Positions 24,870 to 37,499 of a DNA stretch of 64,000 bases are shown here, one piece after another. Source of the stretch: Lama glama (lineage: Eukaryota); the NCBI GenBank assembly GCA_028534125.1, contig CM052817.1, forward strand, positions 96,474,001 through 96,538,000, written 5' to 3'. Below the pieces are notes generated by a model. That model was not told the origin of the DNA and did not search any database. It saw nothing but the letters and a program-made list of their open reading frames with translations. The translations under genes were made by a program, and so were the position numbers. How positions within the stretch are numbered: the first letter of the stretch is position 1; each line of letters starts with the position of its first letter.

Positions 24870-25417
24870 GTAGAAAACCTAGGAATCATCCTTGATTCAC
24901 CCAGTTCCCCCACACTCCATCTGAGACGAAGTGTTGTCGTCATCTCTGCTAAAATGTTTCCCAAATTCATTTATTCCCTCCACCCCCTCACCACCACCCC
25001 AGTCCCAGCCTCCACTCCGTCGCCTGGACTCCCACAATGGCCTTGGAACCATCCTGCCTTCTTTTTCCTGCCTCCATTCTCCCCGGAACTGCCAGGCCAT
25101 CTGGTCTCCAGAGCCTTAAAATAAAAATATCATCTTCCTATCCTGCTTCATAAGGCCCTTCTTAAACCTTTCTTCATCTTAAACCACCTCCTCCTTTCCC
25201 ATTACACTTCAGCCACTCAGGGACCTTCTTTCTTTCCTAAAAACACCCCAAGTTTATACTTGCCTTAGGGCTGGGGCAGAGCATGCCCTGTCCTCACCTC
25301 TGCATGGCTGGCTCCTCCAAGTCATTAGTTCTCTGTTTAAGTGTGGTCTGTCTGGAACAGCCTTCCCCAAATCACAGTCTAAAAACCCTCCTCCTCAAAC
25401 CCTCACTTATACTCAAT
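24870..25417 (+). mobile_element. L2 LINE (5' part, interrupted by inverted L1)
   Basis: 'aaaacctaggaatcatccttga...cgcctggactcccacaatggcc...tgcatggctggctcctcc'. Confidence 0.8.
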
Positions 25418-25431
25418 CAGATTCCCTTTTT

Positions 25432-26471
25432 TTAAATTAATGAGTATAGTTGATTTACAATGTTGTATTAATTTCTGGTGTACAAAATAGTGATTCAGTT
25501 ATATATATATTCCTTTTCATATTCTTTTTCATTATAAGCCATTACAAAGTATTGATTACTATTACAAAGTATTGATTACAGTTTCCCTGTGCTATATGGT
25601 AGGACCTTACTGTTTATTTTACATATAGTAGTTAGTAATTGCAAATCTCAAACTCCAAATTTATCCATCCCTACTCCCTCTCTCCACTGGTAACCATAAA
25701 TTTGTTTTCTACATCTGTGAATCTGTCTCTGTTTAGTAAATAAGTTTATTTGTGTCTTTTTTTTTTTTAAGATTCCACATATAAGCGATATCATCTGATA
25801 TTTTTCTTTCTCTTTCTGGCTTACTTCACTTAGTATGACTGACAAGGGCTTAATTTCTATAATATACAAACAGCTCATATAACTCAACAACAACAACAAC
25901 AAAAAACAACCCAATTCGAAAATGGGCAAAAGACAAACATTTTTCCAATGAAGACATACAAATGGCCAATACACACATGAAAAAATGCTCAACATCACTA
26001 ATTATCAAAGAAATGCAAATCAAAACTACAATGAGGTATCACCTCATACCAGTCAGAACGGCCATCATTAAAAAGCCCACAAACAATAAATGCTGGAGAA
26101 GGTGTGGAGAAAAGGGAACCCTCCTACACTGTTGGTGGAAATGTAGTTTGGTGCAGCCACTATGGAGAACAGTATGGAGATTCCTTTAAAAACTAAAAAT
26201 AGAGTTACCGTATGATCCAGCAGTTCCACTCCTGGGCATTTATCTGGAGGGAACTCTAATGTGAAAAGATACATGCAACCCAACGTTCATAGCAGTACTA
26301 TCTACAACAGCCAAGACATGGAAGCAATCTAAATGTTCACCGACAGATGACTGGATAAAGTCATAGTATGTGTGTAAATATATGTGTGTGTGTGTATACA
26401 CATACAATAGATACTAATCAGCTGTAAAAGAGAACAAAATAATGCCATTTGCAGCAACATGAATGGACCTG
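25432..26471 (-). mobile_element. 5'-inverted L1 insertion (twin-priming structure)
   Basis: 25432-25839 is the minus-strand 3' end; 25840-26471 is plus-strand ORF2 (ORF 25962 '[23 protein letters not shown]...'); TSD cagattcccttttt 25418-25431 / cagactcccttttt 26472-26485. Confidence 0.92.
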
Positions 26472-26485
26472 CAGACTCCCTTTTT

Positions 26486-26665
26486 AATACTCTATGTGCC
26501 ACTTTCCCTATCTGATACTTTCTGCAGCTCCCCATTCATCACCTGTCTGTCTTCTGATTCCTTCCACTGGTCATGAGGAGGAATTCACCCTGCTGTATCT
26601 TCAGCACCAATAATAGTGCTTGGGTCACAGGAAGGATGAAGTAAATACGTACTGAATGAGGACAT
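26486..26665 (+). mobile_element. L2 3' continuation
   Basis: 'ctgctgtatcttcagcaccaataatagtgcttgg...taaatacgtactgaatga'. Confidence 0.7.
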
Positions 26666-27595
26666 GAGCGGGACAAGAACTGAAAAGTGAGTGCTTATCT
26701 CAACTCCTGTAGTCCAGCCCCGGGGAGATGTAACAAGACCAGTCAGTTGGTACTTTGGGGTAAGAGTGTTTCAGAGGCTGGATATCCTGATGGATGTCTT
26801 TGAGTGGGCCATGAGCCTTTACAAACTAAGCTAGAGAAAATACAGTTACTGACATAAACAGAGAGAGAGCTATATTTGTCCTCACTTTCGGGGAAATGAA
26901 CTTTTCCAGGCAGCTATTTGTGTCTTTGACATGTTCAGTGTAGTTTATGCTACTGCTCTGCAAAGCAGTCTCCTGAGAAGACATGTCCTTCAGCAGAGAC
27001 TAAGTAATCTTAAATTAACGTATTAAGGGAAGTTACTGGGGGTTTTCTGCTGGACAGTGACAACTTTGTAAGAAATTTACAAATACCCTTAAGTAAAGCA
27101 GCAGTGTCCTCACTTCTTAACAAATGACCAGCTTAGATGACTCACATACATAGGTTGAAAATTACATCTGCCATCAAAGATCAGAGCCAAAGCTGGTCGG
27201 TGGAAAAGTGCTTAACCAAACTTTGGCTTCTAAATCGGGTTTCATGTGGAGCCAGGATTAACAAGGGAAAGCATGACCAGCATGGAATGTGAGGTTTGAG
27301 CGCTGCGGTGAAGATGTCCCCAGGGCTGTGACCTGCTTTGGGTCAGCAGCCCTGGGAGCTGGGTTTGTTTCAATCTTACGTAATTTTGCTCTCGGGATCA
27401 GTCGATGGGGTAGGAAGAAAATGGGAAAGGAGCCTGGGTGAGTAAACATATCAAAACATGTTTGCGAAGATAAGAGGAAAGGTAAAGAGCACGGTACGGT
27501 CCTCTGGAAGAATATAGATAATGGCAAATTTATTGATAAGGGGGAAAGCAGGGACATCAACTGGCCCCAATTTCATAATTAACAGAGTTTAAAGG

Positions 27596-27793
27596 ATTAA
27601 CAGACACACACTACTGTATACAAAATAGATAAACAACGAAGACCTACTTTATAGCATAGGGAACTATATTCAGTATTTTGTCATTAGGTAGAATGGAAAA
27701 GAACCTTACAAAGAATATACATGTATAACTGAAGCGCTTTGCTATACACTTAAAACTAACACAACATTGTAAATCAACTAGACTTCAATAAAA

Positions 27794-27840
<47 letters not shown>

Positions 27841-27841
27841 A
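27596..27841 (+). mobile_element. Truncated L1 3' UTR with (AAAT)n tail
   Basis: 'aaaatagataaacaacgaagacctac...aaatcaactagacttcaataaa(ataa)n'; TSD aacagagtttaaagg 27581-27595 / aatagagtttacagg 27842-27856. Confidence 0.9.
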
Positions 27842-28129
27842 AATAGAGTTTACAGGAGGCACCGTTCTCCTGAGATGCCTCCGCCTAGGCAGAGTAAAAC
27901 TTGAGTGTGGTAGTATTAGTGCCCAGCAGAGAGCGTCTTCATAAAAATACTGTATTACCATTGACCATACAATAGAAATGGGTAAAAATACAAAGTGGTA
28001 ATCATGATAACCATCTAGATATTCCCAAAATCTCACCAACAAAGTACATGACAAGTAGGAGAATTGCAACTCCTTTTGAAGAACAACATGTAAAGTGATA
28101 GACTTGGATCAAGGAGGCCATTACTCCCT

Positions 28130-28230
28130 TTCATTTCTTTATTTAACAAGTATTTTATTGGGCGATACTTTGTCCCAAGTACTGCACTGGCACTGTGGAC
28201 GTAAAGATAAGTAAGTTACATCTCGTGAGA
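28130..28230 (-). mobile_element. L2 3' fragment
   Basis: 'tcatttctttatttaacaagtattttattgggcgatactttgtcccaagtactg'. Confidence 0.65.
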
Positions 28231-28800
28231 ACAGATTTCAGGAAAATGTGGACTAGAGGAACCCATATAAAGTAGACAGTGATCACAGCAGTAGTGTCAG
28301 GGCAAGGGAAGGACTGGTTGATAAAACAGGAGAAATAGGAGAAAGAAGCATGTCAGGGCCTTAAGTTCCTTCTGGGAAGATTGATTAAATACTTCTTTTT
28401 CTTTCCAGTTACCCCTCCATTATAGTTCAGTGACTGCTGCTAAAGTGGAACTCATTTTATCCCTTTTCTGAACAGGTGTTCTAATCCCTAATGACAAGGA
28501 GAGAAACTTCTAGCCAGGTCTTTAAAATAGTATCTAAAAAAAAATACTAACCAATAAAAAAATAGTATCTAAACAATATCTTCTCCCAGTTCTCCAGCCT
28601 CATCATCTGTACAACATCCCTGCCCCCGAAGCGAGATGGTCTCCCCCCAAAATAATTATTATTGCATTAAGTAAGAAGCTCCTGCCCACCAGCTCTGATG
28701 CATTTTAGTTGCATCTGAATCATGCAGTTTCCCGAACTTTTTTTTTTTAGCCTTTAAAATTTCTTTGCTGGCATTATATAATCTTTCTTTGACAGGGATC

Positions 28801-29900
28801 CATTCATTCATTCAACAAACGTTTACTGGTGCCTCAGCCACTGTGGGCGAGCTACTGAACCAGGCAACAGGAAGAGACAGACAAGCAAGCACAATTGATC
28901 GCGCCCGGAAGTGTTGACGTCCTGGTGAGCGCAAGTAAACAGCGAATTCCAAGAGTATGCTGAGGACTAAGACCAAGGAGGCCCATGAGGGCACATAACC
29001 AGACAGTCTTGGGTGTCAGGATAATTTTACAGGGGAAACAACATCAAACTGAAACATAAAGGATGACAAAAATTTATCCCAGTAGAGACCAGGGGGAAGA
29101 ATGTTCTAATCAGAACTAGACATATTTTCAAAATTCCAGAGATGAGAGACATGTTCCAGAAATTACAAGTATGTAACCATGTATATTGGTGGGTGTGGGT
29201 GGGTGTTGTGGGGAGAGTGGGAATGGAGGTAGGATGGGGGTAGAGGATGTGGATGGTGCTCGAGTTTTCAAGGAAGTAAGCAACAGAGTTGTAAACGGTC
29301 TCATCAGCCGTTTTATATATTTTGAATTTTATCCTGAGGACAATGGGAGTCTTTGGGAGTTTTTAAGCAGGGGAGCCATGAAAATAGATTTCCATGTCAG
29401 AACATTAACACTGACTACAGAGTAAAACACAGATTTCAGGCAAACATGGATTAAGTGGCCCATATACAAGTTGAAGGTGGTCAGAGCAATGGTGTCATAG
29501 TTCAAGGAAGGAAGGGAAGGGAGAAAACTGAGCATGTTAACAAGTCCATATAGAAGACTGAAGATACAAAGGGAAGGGACAATCAGTAAAGTGCTCCCTG
29601 AGGACATAAGATGGGATATGATCCAGAGTGCAGACTGAGGAAGAAGCCTCGGAGGAGACACGTCTTCCACGGGAACAGGAGGAAAGAGGAAATGATAGAT
29701 GTGGCTGAAGGTCAAAATTTAAATTTGGTGGCAGGAATTCGGGAAATTCTCTTGCTTCTGTTTTCTCTGAGATCTTCTGGCAAGATTTGCTACTAAGAGT
29801 GACAGGAGAGGAATTAGGTAAAGAGTTTGAGAAAGGTAAGGAATCTGAAATAGCCACACTGGAAAATGACACAGAGATGCAAAGTACAGAGAGAAGAGTC
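28801..29900 (-). mobile_element. L2 LINE, old and diverged
   Basis: 'cattcattcattcaacaaacgtttactg' tail; 'attttatcctgaggacaatgggagtctttgggagtttttaagcaggg' is diagnostic of L2. Confidence 0.75.
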
Positions 29901-29959
29901 TCTGGGTGATGTTGAATGTTTAGTTGAGATTCCAGCCACACATTTCTAGTGGCATGAAT

Positions 29960-31000
29960 CTGCCTAATCATATGAATGCTCTAGAGAGCAGAGGTTTGGA
30001 ATGTCTTGCCTTTAAGGTTAAGGGTGTCACTATTCCAAGCCTCTTTTGTTGGAAAGAGCCAGGAAATACATGTAGGTAGATATATATACAAACCACTTCC
30101 ATATCCATTCAATTATACTTTTAAACCTATCTGTCTGTCTGTCTGTCTATCTACCTATCTATCGCAGACCCTGAGTTCACACAGATACTTGCAGCAAGTC
30201 CAGTCCAACATATGAATGAATGAATAAACAAGGTTTATTCTAGTTTCCTCCCTTTTTGTATTTCTAACTCCCTTCTTCAAAAGTGAGAAAACTGTCTCCA
30301 ATTGTTTATATATATATACTTAATTGGTCAGTCCCACTGACAGTCTTCCCTGTGTGGCTGTCTCTTCTCTCGGCCACAGCTCTGATTCCACATTCCAAGC
30401 TGCATTTTCACGTGGACAGCTTCTCACCTTTCCTGGCTTCTGACACCTCGTATCTCCCTTTTGCAAGGAAACCCTCCTCATCTTACTTGAGCTCTGATAC
30501 CCCTCACTATGTCCCCCTTCTCCCCTCTACTTGGTCCCTAAAACCCCACCCGAGGTCACTCCCAGCAAGAACATTCTCCTCTCCCTGCTTGTACTCCGCC
30601 ACCCCTGCCAGGCGAGCACTCCTTGGAGATTCTCTTCTTTTCCCGCTTGGGTTCCAACCCCCGACTCCGGGACCCCACTCCTCTTCACGGACTCACCCCT
30701 TACCCTGATCAAGTTCTGACACCCTTTGCCAGCTTCTCATTCCCTCTCTATAGATGCCCTCCTTACTCTGATTGGTTTCTGACTCCCCACCTGAGGCTCC
30801 CCTCCCCTTTGCAGGAATATCCTTCTTGCCCTGCCAGGGCTCTGACGCCAGTGCCCTGGTGTGGACCACCTTCACCCTGCTTGCACTCTCGCCCCCTGCT
30901 GCCCCTCACTGCACATGCCTAGGATGCCTGCTTTGCTCGAATTGATGGACTTAGGACTGAATTTTCCAGGGAAGGGAGAGAAGGGCTCTGTAGTGCTTTT
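29960..31000 (-). mobile_element. Ancient L1 (L1MC-type) 3' UTR with internal tandem repeat
   Basis: 'tgagttcacacagatac...ttattctagtttcctccc...taactcccttcttcaaaagtgagaaa' and terminal 'ggactgaattttccagggaaggg' resemble L1MC4/5-type 3' ends. Confidence 0.55.
30360..30900. repeat. Degenerate ~45-63-bp tandem repeat (about 10 units)
   Basis: Recurring 'gga..ccctcctcaccctgcttgggctctgacaccc'-like motif with anchors near 30380, 30437, 30491, 30537, 30594, 30651, 30713, 30776, 30839, 30885. Confidence 0.75.
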
Positions 31001-34000
31001 AACATAGACAATGAAGTGCTTCAAGATGTCTAAACACTTGTGAGTTATCATTTTTTAATCTTAATCATTATAATTGTCTAGTTATTATCATTGCTAGGAT
31101 ACTAATGATAATTAATAATCAGTTATGTTACTAACTTATCTGAGATGAATAAAATTTAGGGAATTTATTGGTATCTCATAAAACACAAAACAAGCCTTTA
31201 CAATTTCAAAAATAGTCTTTCAACTTTGAGGGAAGATTCATTTTATCTGATTAGCCATCTCCCTTGAGCAGATGGAGCAGTCCCCCACAGCGTCTTTGTC
31301 ATTTTGAAAAAAACTATAGTTTGAAGAGGTTTTGAGGATTGCAGGTCTATAGCAATTGCTTCATAATTAGTAACAAATCATGCAAAATTCTAACAATTGT
31401 TCATAACCATTATGGTTTTAAGGCAAGTCTGGCTTCAGTCGTGATGATAGAACCAGCTCTTTGGACTACAGTTACTGCCTGACAAATTTCATTTTTTCAG
31501 TTCTCTTAATTTTTAATGCCCATTATTAGGTGCTGATGTAGAATAAGAATACAGATGGCATTTTGATCATTTTTAATGAGATCAGAAAATCAATTTACAT
31601 AATGTTAACTTTAAATAAGAACTCATTCTTTTCATTGTGTTTACTGTCAGACTTTGTTTAGAAATTTGATGTGTGTGTGTGTATCGTCATTTGGTTTTCA
31701 AATTTTCTCTATATAGTTTTGTTTTAGTAGATTTCAAGTTAAACCCCTTATTAATGTTTCACATTTGTGGAAATTTATTCTTGTCATTTAAAAACATTCG
31801 CTATTTAGCAACCAACTTCTATATTTTACTTTTTTCATTTCAATAGCATGAATGTGTTTAAATAATAACCAGTTAAAAAGTGAAACTGTTGATCTGATTA
31901 TTTAATTTTGTGTAGCTAAAAAAAATGAGTCAGCTATTACTGAATTTAATTTTTTCCATTGAAGGTGGGTTTTTTTTTCTTCTGGAAAATATATGTGTAG
32001 TCATTTATCAAAACTAGCACATTTCCCCTTATTCCTGCATGAAGTTCAATTTAAAATAAGCTATTTTGGAATTCAACAGTGGCCAAACTAGAATGTCATT
32101 TTCCTTCTGGAAGGGACAGGGTAATTTCTCTTCCCGGATGTAAACAGAAAGAAATTCATTATTTTTCTCTAATATTAACCTATGTACATTTTACAGGCTT
32201 TTCTTTCTTCTGAGAATGCTAAAACTGCAGTAATTTTAGCAGTACATTTTACTTATGTTTATTTTTCAGAAGTCCATTATTTTTTAAAAAATGACAATTC
32301 ACCAGATTTTGCAATGTAATGTACAATACAGATTTCAATAAAGGCTACAATGCTTGTAGGTGTTATATAATTTGTTAACGTTACTAACAATGAGTTCACC
32401 TTTAAACAGTGAGATGTGACTGTGTAAAAGATGCCAGCAATGCATGTTGCTCAATTGCCAATGTTGTTAGAGATTCTCATGATCCTTTTTCTTTTCTTAC
32501 CTATGTTTTTCTTCTTGCTTGAAACAAAATACTTTTTTTTCCTATTAATATGTGGGATTCAGGAATTTTTTTTTCTTTTCTGCTTGCATTACAAAATGAC
32601 AGTGAATGTGTGCCCCTCCCTGTGTGTGCTTTGTGATTTAATAATGCCACAGTTCTGTTGTCAGTATTCTTCCTTCTGCAAGCATATTTTGAGGCCACAA
32701 TCTCATGTCATGTGGGGATCAGGAATAAACAGCAGATCTTATAAGCAGTCTTATTTTTTAGCACATCAGGAGAAATGCAAAATTTTTGCCATGTAGTTTT
32801 TCATCCCACTGAAATTTTCCTTTGGATAACTCCTAAAAATGTGTGTTTTTCAGTTAGAGTGCTTTAATACTTCTACCGATCTAATCCTTGAACATGTATT
32901 TGTTTTCAGCAAATTACCCTCAAATTCTGCCATTCATTTACAATGCAGAATGTCCATTTTTGCATTCTAAAGTATCATGGAATAAAATTATGCACATAGT
33001 TTTTCTTATAAAAGGCTTACGTAGCCTGTGCTAGTTAATGAAAAGGAATAATTTAAAGTACATGTTATTTTTAAATTGGGAAAATATTTTGTAATATTAG
33101 TATAAAGCAGATGAACCACATTATTGTTACCAAAATAATATCTATTATATAGCCCCCTACTTCTGAAACTTTATTCCTTAAACTCAGATGAATAAACTTC
33201 CCCTGGGGAAAAATGTCTCTCCTCTACAATTAAATTGTTGATTAAAGCAGCGCTTGGCATTTGGTGATGAATTAGATTTTTCCTCTCCATGTTACTTTAA
33301 GTTGCTTTAAGTTTTCAGAGGAAGTATCTATTGAGAAGCTGGAGCTAATTTTTTTAATTTGCACAAGACATGTGTCCAGTTGGTTGAACTGCTGGCTGAA
33401 GTCCATCTTTTAGAGACAGAGTAAGGCTCTGCACAAATGCGCAAAGGTTAGGGTTATGCTAATGAGAGCCGTTTTGTCAGTTTCTTGACACTTACTGCAC
33501 ATGGTAGTCTGACTGCCATATAGGCAGTAAGCCCCACTGTATGGTGTGGCTTTTAAATCCATAGGTATGCAAGAAACTTTCTCTGATCACTGTACCTTCC
33601 AGCTGCATTCTGCTTGGAGATATGTTAAACCAAAGACGTGTGCCTCTGAGGCAGCCCCGGAAGGGACAAAGGGCAAGGGACTGCTGGGCTCCTCAGCAGT
33701 GGCCCTGCTTACAGGACAAAGAAATAGTGCATGTAAGAAAGTAGCCGACCAGTTAAGATTGGTCATAGGGTTGAGATGAAAGGAGGAAACGGGAGAGAGG
33801 AAAACAGTCAGGAAGGGATTAAATTTCAACAGTGAACCCAGATGCTGTATCAGGAGGAAATGGCATTTACCAGTTGTTAAAATACATATATGAGGATAAG
33901 GTGAAGGTGGATGGGAAATTGGGTCAAGGAGGATCTTTTTATTTACACTAAGCAGAGCCACCATTGCACCACTACATGAGAAAATTGACTTCATCAGTCT

Positions 34001-34949
34001 TTGGTATTATTTTACAATCTAAGTTAAAATAAACAACAACAACAAATTAGTAAACTAATAGTTCTGGCCAAATCTTCATATTAATTTTATAATCTCCAGG
34101 AGTATTTAGTCCTGGACTCACAGCTAGAGGATCCCCAAATTCACAGCCTTATCAGCTGTTCTCAGGACTTTCCTAATAAACTATGCCTATTTAAAATGAA
34201 TTAACCTTTTTCTTAGACCCAGCTTGTGAATTTCATATGTTATATGTATGTGTGTAAATCTGTATATACGTATATGTAAATGTATGTGTGTGGGTTAAGA
34301 ATATCTCTTGTGCAATTACATTCTAATGCTATTTACATATACGAGTACAGCTAATAATCAAAAACAAGACCTAAGTAGTAAATGCCGCCATAGACTCCCC
34401 CAGTGGGACCAAACAGTAGCATAAAGAGGAAGCTGGACATTCTGATAATGGCAAAAATTGTAAGATCCAGGGAAGGTTGCTGCTTGAGACTAAGAGGAAC
34501 ACATACAGAGGTTAGCAGGAAGCACCAAGTCAGGAGATACATTTATAGAATGTGCAGGGAGGAAGGAAGGCTTTCTTATTTAGCAAATATTTTCTGTTTC
34601 TAGAATGTTTCTGCCAGCCTTTTGCAAAGGATGTTTCAAGAAATAATGGTTCCAACGGTGCTCTGGTTTAAAAAAAAAAGTTTCATGTTGAAATGTCTGT
34701 GAGAATGTGGCATATTAAACTCCGGTCTTGGAGACTGACAATGTATGTGAACAAAATAAAGGTTATATAATGTTATATACAGTTTTTGAAAATCCATTTT
34801 AAATAGTTTCATTTATTTGATCTAATAATTTCCTGTATTAAACCCTAATAATTTCCTGTAACAACACTACTGTCTTGCAATATACAATTTTTTAAATTGG
34901 ACATATTTTTCCATTCATCTGCTTATCTATTCTGGTAGGTTATTGTTAG

Positions 34950-36150
34950 CCATTATTTTTCTTCTTCAAAATAGTTTAGCTCTTCCTCATCTGTTAAGTT
35001 TTCAGAATTAATATTAGAATTTTTTCAAATTAAAACAGCACTGAGTGTTTTATTAGAATTCACTAACACACAAAATTACTAGGGAAGAACTGATACGTTT
35101 ATTTGAATAAATCCATTCTTTAAGAGCAGATCTCATCTTCATTTGTTTAAGTCACTATTTACAGACGGGAAAATTACTCAGGAGATGTTTAAAATTCTCT
35201 TTAGATGAAATTTATCTTATTTTATTGCTGTTGTTAATATTGTTAGTGAGATCTTTAGTCTCAGCTAATAGAATATTTAGGTATTTAGAAAAAATTCTAT
35301 TTTTTTTCTACATTTTTTCTATACCAGCCAGTGATTTGAACTACTGGAATTCTTTTTTAGATGACTTCCTTTGGTTTTCTAGATTAATTTATACTATCTG
35401 AAAATAACAAGAATTTTGTGTTTTTATTATCATTTTTATTGATAGACCTCCTATTTCTGCTTTGTATCTTGAATTGGTTTAAAATGTAAATGTTAGTGGT
35501 AACGATATCCTTATCCCATTTTGATGTTAAAAGCGGTGAGTATGGCAATTGCTCTGAGGTGCGGACTAATTATCTCATTAAGGAATTTTTCTTCAAGTCC
35601 GAGATCACAGACAGTTTTATATAGAGGTTCGTTTTATCCCAGGCTTTCAAAATCTTTCTCAATAATCATATGGTTTATCATTATTAAGCTTTTGAAATAA
35701 CTATATTAATTACATTAATAGATATCCTAATAAATAAACCACCCTTACATTCCTGGCTAATATGAGTTGATTGTGTTGATTTTTTTCCCCAAATATACAA
35801 AGGAATATGATTTACTATTATTTAATTTAAGATTTTTCATATATACATTTCTGACAATTGTCTGAGATTTTCGTTGGCTGAGAAGGGAGGGGTAGAGGAA
35901 GAAAATCTTTTCCAGGTATTCATAACAAGGATATTGTCTATCATTTTATATGCTCCAAAATGACTTATTGTTTTAATATACATAGTATAAGACATACAAG
36001 TTCTTTAAAGATGCCTATAAATTAATCACAAAAATATATAACCTAGGAACCCATAAGAAATTTTTTGATAAGTGACAATTTTCTTTTCATAATTATTGAT
36101 CTGTTAAGACTTCTTTTAAAAACTGATGCTTAAAATTTCTTTTTATAAAT
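34950..36150 (-). mobile_element. Very old L1 (L1M/L1ME) ORF2 fragment
   Basis: Diverged reverse L1 motifs 'ttttattagaattc...agggaagaactga', 'ttggttttctagat...ctatctgaaaataac', 'aaaccacccttacattcctgg'. Confidence 0.6.
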
Positions 36151-36229
36151 GTCAAATTTTAGTAAAATTTAGCTCCCCATTAAAGCAGATTTGCCGATTT
36201 TCTTGCATTTATCAAAAAGAAGTAAACAA

Positions 36230-36455
36230 AGCAGGTATTGTTGAAGAAGGAGGGGTTGGATTCAATTAAGTCTGGGAAATGTTAGACTGAAGGTTAATAG
36301 GTTTGCCACCACAGAACTTCTCAGATTCTCTAAGAAAGTCCTTTGATGCTCTCAATGAAAGGTATGTAGAAAGTGGATAGTGATTCCCAAACTTATTCAC
36401 TGTGGAACTATTTTACCTTGAGCATCTTGCAGATGGAATACCCTTTGAGGAGTGC
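36230..36455. mobile_element. Old hAT-type MER fragment (family uncertain)
   Basis: 'aagtctgggaaatg...agaacttctcaga...ttcccaaacttattcactgtggaac...ataccctttgaggagtgct'. Confidence 0.45.
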
Positions 36456-37167
36456 TAATTTACATCATACTCATCACAGAGAAACAGATAGGGGAGGTAG
36501 ACACTTACATACAGGTAATTATAAAGCAGTTTTTGAAATATTGCTGTAATTTGCTTATGAGTTTTATTGATATTTTAAAATTAGATAATTTGTCTGAATT
36601 TAATCTTCTCTTACAGGTTAAGAAAGCACAATATTTTTCTGACTGTCTTTCCTTTGTCCTCCATGGCTGTGAGTTATGTAATGGTCACCTCTGGTCTGTC
36701 AAAAGATCTTCTTGAGGGCTCAATTATAAACAGTTATTTCCCTTTGACCTTGTACCCCAGTCAATATTTTCCCTGAGGCATTACTTGCATGTTTTCTTTT
36801 GAGAAAGGGTTAGAAGTGCTGTTGACTGCCATTTAGGAGAGAAATTCTGAATGAAGTCTAACTAAATGAAAACCACGGCATACCAGAGTTGAAGTCTTAA
36901 AAAGACATAACGTAAGTGAGTGAAAACATAGACACACATTTCTTATACAAAACGACACTGTCTGCGACTTTAGAATGCTTAACCAATGATACATGGAAGG
37001 TAACAGCTGATTCTCATCTTTGGAAGACTAGGACTGGACCCACTGGCAGCCCCACACACAGACTTATGCATGCATTCACACAGAGACATGCGCACACACC
37101 CTTGAACTTTTTGTAGGCAAAACAAGTGAAAGACACAGGAAGAGAAAAGATAAATGTCACCTATTTC

Positions 37168-37497
37168 CATGAAATCCTGCCATTTGCAACAACATGGAAG
37201 GATCTTGAAGGTATTATGCTAAGTGAAATGAGTCAGAAGGAGAAAGACAAAGACCATAAGATTTCACTTACATGTAGAATCTAAAAAAAGGAAACAAATG
37301 AACAAACAAACAAAAGCCTCATAGACACAGAGAACAGATTAATGGTTACCAGAGGGGAAGGGGGTACAGGGATGACTGAAAAGAATGAAAGCGGTCAACT
37401 GTCTGGTGATGGATGGTAATTAGACGTGTGGTGGTGATCACTCTATAGTGTATACAGAAGTCGAATTACAATGCTGTACATCTGAAACTCATATAAC
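37168..37497 (+). mobile_element. L1 3' end (L1MA-type)
   Basis: 'gaaatcctgccatttgcaacaacatgg...gctaagtgaaatgagtcag...gtggtggtgatcac'. Confidence 0.9.
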
Positions 37498-37499
37498 AC

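Noticed and set aside
30360..30900. CRISPR-like repeat/spacer appearance
   Set aside because: Mammalian DNA, highly degenerate repeats, no cas genes; better explained as an L1 3' UTR tandem repeat.
23060..36622. Polypyrimidine-AG|GT juxtapositions (about 23075, 31964, 36616) as recursive splice sites
   Set aside because: Donor halves are suboptimal (GTAAC, GTGGG, GTTAA) and no host gene or strand bias of repeats is evident.
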